IMG/VR virus record: IMGVR_UViG_3300033153_006964
Coordinates: 1-39,157 of that record
Length of the DNA: 39,157 nt
DNA from: a virus
Lineage: Duplodnaviria > Caudoviricetes
Strand: one strand, 5' to 3'
The notes under the pieces were generated by a model. It was not told the origin of the DNA. It did not search any database and saw only the letters and a list, made by a program, of their open reading frames with translations. Of the stretch, positions 8,674-16,253 are shown piece after piece. The position numbers were made by a program, and so were the translations under genes. The first letter of the stretch is position 1; every line of letters starts with the position of its first letter.

Positions 8674-8718
8674 AAGCGCACTTTAACGTTTTTTATCGTG
8701 CAGGGAGGAGGTAGGTGA

Positions 8719-9600
8719 GTGAATGTATTGAGTTTATTTGACGGTATAAGTTGTGGGCAAATTGCTCTAGCTAGGCTTGGAGTAGATGTTAATAATTATT
8801 TTGCAAGCGAAATAGATAAACACGCTATTTCTATTACCCAAAAGAACTTCCCTAGCACTATTCAGCTGGGTGATGTAAGGGAAATTGACGGAACATCACT
8901 TCCAAAAATAGACCTATTAATGGGTGGTTCGCCCTGCCAAGGGTTCTCTCTTGCAGGTAAACAGCTAAATTTCGACGATGCTAGGTCAGGGCTATTCTTT
9001 GAGTTTGTTAGATTGTTGAAGGAGTGTAAACCTAAGTATTTTTTATTAGAGAACGTGAACATGAAAAAAGAATCATTGGACATTATAAGTAAATATTTAA
9101 ACGTAGAGCCCGTAAGAATAAATTCCAACCTAGTGTCTGCTCAAAACAGGGACAGATACTACTGGACAAACATCCAGAAGGATAAGGATTTAGCTGATAG
9201 AGGTGTGGTCTTGGGCGATATTCTTGAGGTGCTAGACGCCCCATCGATTAGGTTTGTGCGCAATCATTTTCGGGTAAGGTTTATCACGGAAAACGACAGG
9301 GGATACAGACCGCACAGGGGTGATAGTAAAAGTTCTGGTATTGGTGAGTTGGGCAGAATATTAAAAAAAACAGCAAAGAAAACTAACACACTGACAGCAA
9401 CCCACGCCCCAAAACTTGCCCTGAATTCAAACATTAAAGACCTTGCATATAGAACCTTGACACCCATTGAGTGCGAGCGGCTACAAACTTTACCTGATAA
9501 TTATACTGAGGGGGCGGGCAACGCTCAGAGGTATAAAATGATTGGCAACGGGTGGACTATTGATGTAATAGCACACATATTTAAAAATATTGCACGATAA
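8719..9600 (+). CDS. DNA (cytosine-5)-methyltransferase
   Basis: Motif I LSLFDGISCG, motif IV GGSPCQ, motif VI LLENV, motif VIII QNRDRYYW, motifs IX/X ECERLQ...GNGW. Confidence 0.95.
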   Translation: MNVLSLFDGISCGQIALARLGVDVNNYFASEIDKHAISITQKNFPSTIQLGDVREIDGTSLPKIDLLMGGSPCQGFSLAGKQLNFDDARSGLFFEFVRLLKECKPKYFLLENVNMKKESLDIISKYLNVEPVRINSNLVSAQNRDRYYWTNIQKDKDLADRGVVLGDILEVLDAPSIRFVRNHFRVRFITENDRGYRPHRGDSKSSGIGELGRILKKTAKKTNTLTATHAPKLALNSNIKDLAYRTLTPIECERLQTLPDNYTEGAGNAQRYKMIGNGWTIDVIAHIFKNIAR

Positions 9601-9725
9601 TCTTTCTTATCGCGCTTCGCCAACTATCCGGGGCACTTTTCAGGCAAGGTCTCACTTATTTTAGCCGTAACTAATTGAATTTTTATACAGAAATTTTTCC
9701 TCTTATAATCGGGTAAGGAGAAATT

Positions 9726-10184
9726 ATGAAACTTTTATTTATTCTATTGTTTTTTATCTCATGTGAAAAAAAAGACGCATCAAATGCAGTTGAAAAATCT
9801 ACCAAAACAAATACCCCCGAAATAAACTCATTCTTAGGTGATACAAGAGAAAACGAGAGCGACAGTTTAATTTATGATGAACTAATTTTGTTTGGAGCGT
9901 TTAGAACTGAGTGCATTATTGAAGGAGATGAAAGTATTAAAATTGATATGTACATGCCCAATAATGTGCTGGAAATAACAGGCACATTTTTTCAAAACAA
10001 TAGTTGCCTAGAGGACGGCTCAGAATCGTTCATTACAAATGTATATGATATTAGTGATTTTAGCTTTATAAGCTCTACCAAGCACGACGACAATCTAATC
10101 GTTAAGTGGGAAAATATTGCGCTTAATTTTAATAGCATCGACAATGGATACAAGATAAACGGGATTGAATTTAATAAGATTTAA
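9726..10184 (+). CDS. Lipoprotein of unknown function (moron-like)
   Basis: MKLLFILLFFISC lipobox-type signal, TATAAT at 9704-9709 and AAGGAG RBS upstream. Confidence 0.65.
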   Translation: MKLLFILLFFISCEKKDASNAVEKSTKTNTPEINSFLGDTRENESDSLIYDELILFGAFRTECIIEGDESIKIDMYMPNNVLEITGTFFQNNSCLEDGSESFITNVYDISDFSFISSTKHDDNLIVKWENIALNFNSIDNGYKINGIEFNKI

Positions 10185-10202
10185 CATTTTACAAGGAGAT
10201 AT

Positions 10203-10448
10203 ATGGTTAAATTAAAAGAATGTTTTGAATGTGGATCAAGTGAATTTGCGCGGAATGAAACGGCAGAAGCCTGCATTGATCTTGAAAAGATTTGTTACAA
10301 AATTAAGGACTTAGGTAAAAACGATAGGCATGAGAGCGAGATTGACGATCTACTTGAACTGATAAGCATAATTAAAAAAGTCGTCAATTCTGGCCATGTC
10401 ACAGCAAGCCCCAGAGATGATGTGGAGAATTTTAGAGGATTAATATAA
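10203..10448 (+). CDS. Hypothetical protein with N-terminal CxxC
   Basis: AAGGAG RBS, CFECGS. Confidence 0.6.
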   Translation: MVKLKECFECGSSEFARNETAEACIDLEKICYKIKDLGKNDRHESEIDDLLELISIIKKVVNSGHVTASPRDDVENFRGLI

Positions 10449-10529
10449 ATTCTACAAAACTATTTACTTTCCTGTTTTCATGGTTTAATTTTTAATAATT
10501 AAACAAACATTTAAGCAGGAAAGGTTTTT

Positions 10530-10790
10530 ATGTATCTAGGTAAAGAAGTAGAAATAAAAGAGCAAGAGTCCCATTTCAAGGCCATAATTAACGGCCTGTG
10601 CGAAAAAGCAATTGAAATTCACGAGCTAAGAATCCAGGTAAAGGACATGCAAGAAACCATTGAGATGGAGCGAGAAGATCATGACGGTAATGTTGATGAT
10701 TTCAATGCTGCGTTTGAAGCAATCAAAGAAGAGAACCTAAGGCTTAATAATATACTTAAAACCTATAAGGATGAGGCGGCTCAGAAATGA
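10530..10790 (+). CDS. Hypothetical coiled-coil protein
   Basis: RBS-like AGGAAAGG upstream, stop overlaps the next ATG. Confidence 0.6.
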   Translation: MYLGKEVEIKEQESHFKAIINGLCEKAIEIHELRIQVKDMQETIEMEREDHDGNVDDFNAAFEAIKEENLRLNNILKTYKDEAAQK

Positions 10791-11341
10791 TAAATCTAGA
10801 CAATAAAAAGTTAGAGCAGGGCATTAATGCATTTAATTTACTGCTATCATCGAAGTTCTTGGAAAATATCATAGAGAATAAAGTAGATGAATTTGAATCA
10901 AAACATACAAATGTTTCAAAATATCTTTTATCAACCCTCCTTTCCGAGCTTAAGAACAATTTTCAACCTGTTGTTAAAACCTATAGGCCGTGGAATCGAT
11001 GGTCAAAAGCTTATGCCACTACATACACAGGAAATTATAATTTAATCAAAATCAATTCGAGGCGCTTTAATAGGCCGTGGTATTCTCTAGCGGGAACTGT
11101 TGCTCATGAATGGGGCCACTGCTTTGAATATTTCACAAGAAAGATGTATAAAACATATAAATTTAATCATGGAAACAATTCATCAATAGGAAAAGATAAT
11201 ACTTTTCAATATTGGCTTGGCAGGCAGGTTAAACTAGAGCTGATGAAATATGAATCTTATGACGATTTCTTTAAAGCTTTTTATTCTGGCGAATATAATG
11301 GGTTGAACTTCAATAAACCGATGAGTAGAAGTTGGCTATAA
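10787..11341 (+). CDS. Putative zincin-like metallopeptidase
   Basis: HExxH motif (TVAHEWGH) with a downstream His (FNHG). Confidence 0.6.
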   Translation: MINLDNKKLEQGINAFNLLLSSKFLENIIENKVDEFESKHTNVSKYLLSTLLSELKNNFQPVVKTYRPWNRWSKAYATTYTGNYNLIKINSRRFNRPWYSLAGTVAHEWGHCFEYFTRKMYKTYKFNHGNNSSIGKDNTFQYWLGRQVKLELMKYESYDDFFKAFYSGEYNGLNFNKPMSRSWL

Positions 11342-11507
11342 GGTGCTTATTTATTATTTCCGTAACAGCATTATATTTGATCTATTATGCTAACGACTTC
11401 ATAAAAGCCTTCGATATTTGACTAATCATATTTTCTATTTGAAACTATAGTTAATTCAAGGATGAATTGAGTGCGCGCACATTTTTTAACTATTAGGACT
11501 GATAGAA

Positions 11508-12077
11508 ATGACTTCAAAGAAAAATTCTTTAATTAAGCCTAAATTGACTCCTAAGCAAGAGACCTTCTGTCTAGAATATCTAAAAGATTTAAATGCAACT
11601 CAAGCAGCAATTCGAGCTGGATACTCAGAAAAAACAGCCAGACATATAGCATCTCAAAACTTGGCGAAACTTAACATCCAGCATCAAATCCAAAAACTAA
11701 ATAACACAAGAATTAAAGAAGTCAAAGTAGACGCTAACTTCGTACTTGATGAGCTGCACAAACTCGCTAATTCAAATGTTGCAGAAATGTTTGACGACAA
11801 GGGCGTACTTATGCACATCAAACAAATGCCTGAGCATATCCAGAAATCTATACAATCTTTTGACATAGAAGAAGAGCATAAGGTTGATGGAGCAGGCGAA
11901 ATAGTTGTCACAACAAAAATGATAAGAGTAAAGCTTTGGAGTAAGGATAGAGCAATCGAAAACTTAGGAAAACACCTTAGGTTATTCATCGAGAAGGTTG
12001 AGCACAGCAACCCTGATGGAACTCTCCAGCCACAAATAACGGTATACTTGCCAGCAAATAATCGAGAGAAGAAATGA
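11508..12077 (+). CDS. terS: Terminase small subunit
   Basis: LTPKQETFCLEYLKDLNATQAAIRAGYSEKTA signature and KDRAIENLGKHL. Confidence 0.95.
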   Translation: MTSKKNSLIKPKLTPKQETFCLEYLKDLNATQAAIRAGYSEKTARHIASQNLAKLNIQHQIQKLNNTRIKEVKVDANFVLDELHKLANSNVAEMFDDKGVLMHIKQMPEHIQKSIQSFDIEEEHKVDGAGEIVVTTKMIRVKLWSKDRAIENLGKHLRLFIEKVEHSNPDGTLQPQITVYLPANNREKK

Positions 12078-12169
12078 GTGAATATGTCCTTGTGTGTTAT
12101 TTTTTAGGAATATTGTGCGGGTTTATATTGGGTAAGCTGTGGTATGGGAGTTGGGACGATAATGAGTGA
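12074..12169 (+). CDS. Small single-pass membrane peptide (31 aa, not in ORF track)
   Basis: MSEYVLVCYFLGILCGFILGKLWYGSWDDNE, ATGA-coupled to terS. Confidence 0.45.
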   Translation: MSEYVLVCYFLGILCGFILGKLWYGSWDDNE

Positions 12170-12383
12170 TAAAATATGCAGATTAGTAAAGACAATCAAG
12201 AAAGACTATCAGTGGGTTAAGTTTATCTTACCTGATGCTAGAGAGATAAGGTTTTTAGTAAGGGATGATAAGTGTGGCGATAAAAAGAAAAGCAAACTCA
12301 TAATCGATTGTCCGATTGAAACTAAAATAGAATTTGAAGATAACGATAGGTTTGAACTTCCTGACAATATAGGGAACTGTTAA
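12162..12383 (+). CDS. Hypothetical protein, faint CsrA-like pattern
   Basis: GGGAG RBS, beta-rich, KLIIDCPIETKIEFED. Confidence 0.5.
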   Translation: MSDKICRLVKTIKKDYQWVKFILPDAREIRFLVRDDKCGDKKKSKLIIDCPIETKIEFEDNDRFELPDNIGNC

Positions 12384-12385
12384 GT

Positions 12386-12898
12386 ATGGAGAATAATATG
12401 GAAGAGATATGGAGGGATATAGCAGGATATGAGGGAATTTATCAAGTGAGCAATCTTGGGAGTGTGAGAAATAGCGATAAACTTATTCTTAAGCAACAGA
12501 TTTTTAATGGTTATATGAACATAGGATTATCAAAAAATTGTTACAAGAAAAGATTCTTTACTCATAGGCTAGTAGCAAGTGCCTTTGTTGCGAAAATAAA
12601 GGGCAAAAATATTGTAAACCACAAAGATTTTAATAAGACCAACAATAATCATGAGAATCTTGAATTTTGCACTCAAAAAGAAAATATTAATCATGCAATT
12701 AGTGCGGGAAGGTTTTATTTTAATCACAAGGACAAGATTATAGATATCCCTGATGAAATTATCAACAGGCTTGGTTCGTGTTGCGACAGAGAGCTTGCAG
12801 AGATAGCCGGGGTAGATAGGAAGACAATTGGAAACAGAAGGGCAGCTCTAGGAATAAAATCATATGCTGAAAAAAGAAAAGAAAGGAAGCAATTGTGA
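12386..12898 (+). CDS. Free-standing NUMOD4-HNH homing endonuclease (start possibly 12398)
   Basis: NUMOD4 EIWRDIAGYEGIYQVSNLGSVR, HNH HRLVA...VNHKDFNKTNNNHENLEFCTQKENINHA, and a C-terminal HTH-like DRELAEIAGVDRKTI. Confidence 0.92.
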   Translation: MENNMEEIWRDIAGYEGIYQVSNLGSVRNSDKLILKQQIFNGYMNIGLSKNCYKKRFFTHRLVASAFVAKIKGKNIVNHKDFNKTNNNHENLEFCTQKENINHAISAGRFYFNHKDKIIDIPDEIINRLGSCCDRELAEIAGVDRKTIGNRRAALGIKSYAEKRKERKQL

Positions 12899-12918
12899 AA
12901 AACAATAAAGGGGGTAAT

Positions 12919-14383
12919 ATGGAATCACAGGAAAATGCTTTGCGCATAGCTCCTCAAGATGGGCCGCAAACAGAATTCTTAAGTAGTGTCGCTGATATAG
13001 CGATTTACGGTGGTTCCGCATAAAGAGGGTGGAGGCAAGACCTATGGGATGCTATTAGATCCCCTTAGGCATGTAAATACTACCCCAGGTGGCGGAGCTG
13101 TATATTTTAGAAAAACAACAACACAAATACGTAATGAAGGTGGGTTATTTCAGGAAGCGTGTGATCTTTACATGAAGCTTGGCGGAGTGCCAAGGCAAAG
13201 TCCTAGTATGGACATAACATTTCCGCACCCGACAAACGCAAATAAAAATGGCTTTAAAGTCACATTCTCTCATCTTCAGCATGAGAAAGATAAATATAAT
13301 TGGCAAGGCGCGCAAATTCCAATTATTTACATGGATGAATTGACTCATTTCTCGCGTAGCCAATTTTTTTATTTAGTAGGTAGAAATAGATCTACATGCG
13401 GAATTGATCCGTACGTTAGAGCGACGTGCAATCCAGACAAAACCTCGTGGGTTCGAGACTTTATTGACTATTGGATAGACTCTGATGGCTGGGCCATACC
13501 AGAGAGGTCTGGGAAATTAAGATGGCTTTGCGTATTTGACGACAAAGACCATTGGTTTGACTCAAAAGAAGAAGCGCTTGAATCTTTTCCTAACATCCCG
13601 CCAATGTCGATTACCTTTATATTGTCACGTCTAAAGGACAATAAAATACTTATGGATAGAGATCCTGGATATTTGGCAAAATTAAAATCGCTTTCAAAGG
13701 TAGAGAGAGAGCGCTTATTGGGCGATGAGGAGCGTGGAGGCAATTGGCAGATCGTACCTGCTGCAGGAATGTACTTTAAGCGGCATTATTTTGAAGAAGT
13801 TGATCATCTTCCAAACTTTATTGAAGTTGTCAGATGTTGGGACAGAGCAGCAACAGAGCATAACCCTGGTGATGCAGGCGATCCCGATTGGACTGTTGGC
13901 GTTAAGATGGGGCGAACATATGACAATGAGTTTGTCGTATTGGACGTAGAGCGTCAGAGATTGTCAGCAGGTAAAGTCTCGAGACTGATACTAAACACAG
14001 CACGGCAAGATGGCGTAAACGTCAAAATCAAAGGCTTTCAGGATCCGGGGAGTGCAGGAAAAGGCGAGGCAGAGGCATTTGTCAAGATGCTGTCTGGGTT
14101 TAACGTAACAACCGAAAGAATATCAATCAATAAAGAGACTGCTGCACTGCCTTTGTCAGCTCAGGCCGAGAATAATAACGTCAAGGTGTTGACTTCCTGT
14201 AGAAATAAAGAATACTTCTATGATGAGCTTGAAAATTTTCCTGATGATTCTCATGATGATATTGTTGACGGAGCTAGTGGAGCTTTCAATGAATTAAACT
14301 CTGGTAATGTTGGAGAGTTTACAGATAAATTTAATCAAAGTAGCATTAGACAAGATAATCAAACTTTAAAAGATGTGTGGTAA
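12919..14383 (+). CDS. terL: Terminase large subunit, interrupted by a 7-nt insert at 13021..13027 (485 aa if skipped)
   Basis: GGGGG RBS and ATG 12919 give MESQENALRIAPQDGPQTEFLSSVADIAIYGGSA-stop. The +1 frame continues GGGKTYGMLLD, Walker B IYMDE, ATCNP, nuclease CWDRA and HDDIVD. Confidence 0.9.
13021..13027 (+). other. 7-nt coding gap TAAAGAG in the terL Walker A motif (candidate recoding site or artefact)
   Basis: GGT GGT TCC GCA [TAAAGAG] GGT GGA GGC AAG ACC. Removing the insert restores GGSAGGGKT. Confidence 0.85.
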
Positions 14384-14385
14384 AG

Positions 14386-15798
14386 ATGGGCATATTAGAT
14401 TTTTTCTCAAGAGACCAAAAGAAAGACGAAAGTGAAGCTGAAACAAAAGTTATAAATGAAATAGTAATTCAAGAAAGATCAAGAGGTACATCGGGAACTG
14501 AGGTTTTTGCTGGTTACTATGACGAAGAATATCTTGAGTTAATGAAAAGCACTGACAGGGCCAAAGAATTCGACAGAATGAGAAGGTCTGACTCTCAGGT
14601 CAAAATGCTTATCTCTTCGGCTGTTAATCCGATTAGGACTGCCTCAAGAGAGATCGTTTCAGCGTCAGATGATGCGGAGCATGAGAAGCATGCAGCCCTT
14701 TGTAGGCAAGTACTATTTAAAGACATAAGATTTACCAAGTTCCTTGGCGAGGCAGCTAACGGCCTTGTAATACATGGGCACGTACTGCACGAAAAGGTTC
14801 ACAGGGTAAATGTTGACAAGCCAATCACTGATGATGATGGCAACTTAGTCTTAAACTCATACATAGGGCTAAAGAAGCTTGGATGGCGAAGTCAGAAGAC
14901 CATTGAAACCTGGAATTTTAATGAAGAGAAAGAATTTGAATCAATTACTCAGCAAGCAGATGGAGACTTAGATTCTTACGTTGATATCCCACAAAAGCAT
15001 TTGATGGTTATGACACTAGACTATGAGGGTGACAACCTGGAAGGCATCTCAATGCTTAGGCCGTGCTACGGTAACTACTATAGAAAGAATGTTTATCTAA
15101 AATTAAATGCAATTGGTATCGAGAAATCAATGCCAATACCAACAGCTGAAGTGCCTGCGGGCCAAGAGCATTCAGCTCAATTTGATCAGCTAATTAATGC
15201 ATTATCGGCCTTCACAACACACCAAAAGAATTATTTAATATATCCAGCGGGGTGGAATGTTCAACTTAATAGCGGAACAAACTATGATCCTGCAAAGGTT
15301 GAGCAATCAATAGACAATGAAGACAAACGAATGGCCAAGGCTTTTCTTGCTAACTTCCTAGAACTTGGGATGTCAGGCGGTGGCGGTAGTGGATCGTATG
15401 CAATGTCTAACGATCTATCGGACTTCTTTTTGGCTGGAATAATGATTTTTGCTGAAATAATTAAAGAAGAAATTGATGAGCTATTGAAAGAAATTGTAAT
15501 ACTTAACTTTGGTGAGCAAGATAAGTACCCAGAGTTTAAATTCTCAGGAATTAAAGACAAAGCTGGTGCAGAATTTGCTAAAGTAATGGATCTAATGATT
15601 AAAAGTAAAGTTATTATTCCAGATGATAATCTTGAAAAACATGTAAGAAAAAGAATCGGTGTTACCGAGAAATCAGACGAGGGCCAGCGTGATATTGAGC
15701 CAGAAAAAGAAGTGCCGATAGACGCTGCCCCCTTGTCTTTATCTGAAAAGATAGGGTTTGCAATTAAAGAGAAGAGAAAATTGCTAGGGGATGAATAG
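14386..15798 (+). CDS. Portal protein (Mu gp29 / DUF935-like)
   Basis: Follows terL, ~470 aa. FDRMRRSDSQV, GISMLRPCY, GSYAMS and FGEQDKYPEFKF patterns. Confidence 0.85.
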   Translation: MGILDFFSRDQKKDESEAETKVINEIVIQERSRGTSGTEVFAGYYDEEYLELMKSTDRAKEFDRMRRSDSQVKMLISSAVNPIRTASREIVSASDDAEHEKHAALCRQVLFKDIRFTKFLGEAANGLVIHGHVLHEKVHRVNVDKPITDDDGNLVLNSYIGLKKLGWRSQKTIETWNFNEEKEFESITQQADGDLDSYVDIPQKHLMVMTLDYEGDNLEGISMLRPCYGNYYRKNVYLKLNAIGIEKSMPIPTAEVPAGQEHSAQFDQLINALSAFTTHQKNYLIYPAGWNVQLNSGTNYDPAKVEQSIDNEDKRMAKAFLANFLELGMSGGGGSGSYAMSNDLSDFFLAGIMIFAEIIKEEIDELLKEIVILNFGEQDKYPEFKFSGIKDKAGAEFAKVMDLMIKSKVIIPDDNLEKHVRKRIGVTEKSDEGQRDIEPEKEVPIDAAPLSLSEKIGFAIKEKRKLLGDE

Positions 15799-16043
15799 TG
15801 GGAGAGTTCCACAAATCACCAGGGCAGATAATCAGGAGGGTTTTTAATGCCGTCCTTAATGCAATAAGAGTGAGCGATGTCAGCACAATAATTGACTTTG
15901 AGTGGGATGAATTTACTGTTGATGATTCTGATCCTGTAAAAGATGTTTATAATTACACACTTGATTCTGTCGCAGCAGGGTCAATAGAGATTACTTACGA
16001 AGATACATGCAAAGACAAGGTTGTTGGAGCAAGTCGTTTATAG
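15798..16043 (+). CDS. Hypothetical (virion-associated?) protein
   Basis: Coupled to the portal stop, GGGGA RBS. Confidence 0.6.
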   Translation: MGEFHKSPGQIIRRVFNAVLNAIRVSDVSTIIDFEWDEFTVDDSDPVKDVYNYTLDSVAAGSIEITYEDTCKDKVVGASRL

Positions 16044-16058
16044 TTAAAGGGAATTAAC

Positions 16059-16241
16059 ATGCCTTATTCATTTAATCCGTTTACTGGGAACTTAGATTTT
16101 CACAAACCAAGAAATTATTCTTATAATTATATAAAAGCTGATGCCATTGTGTGCATCCCACAATATGAGCAAATGGCCATAAGGGGTCGCTTAACTATTG
16201 TTGGCAGAATTAAGATAGATGGAAGATTATCTTTAATTTAA
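16059..16241 (+). CDS. Small hypothetical structural protein
   Basis: AAGGGA RBS. N-terminal FNPFTGNLD motif reminiscent of phage fibre-associated proteins. Confidence 0.6.
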   Translation: MPYSFNPFTGNLDFHKPRNYSYNYIKADAIVCIPQYEQMAIRGRLTIVGRIKIDGRLSLI

Positions 16242-16253
16242 CAAGGAAGTAAT

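Noticed and set aside
13021-13023. Stop-codon reassignment or suppression explaining the terL break
   Set aside because: Read-through of TAA stays in the wrong frame, and other genes end normally at TAA, TAG and TGA under code 11.
13010-13027. ORF-track start MVPHKE for terL
   Set aside because: No RBS, and it discards the conserved Q-motif and first half of Walker A, which are encoded in another frame from ATG 12919.
12386-13027. Group I intron or intein in terL carrying the HNH
   Set aside because: The HNH lies wholly upstream of the terL start. I found no P7-type core motifs or intein termini, and 7 nt cannot form a ribozyme. A collapsed intron in the assembly remains possible.
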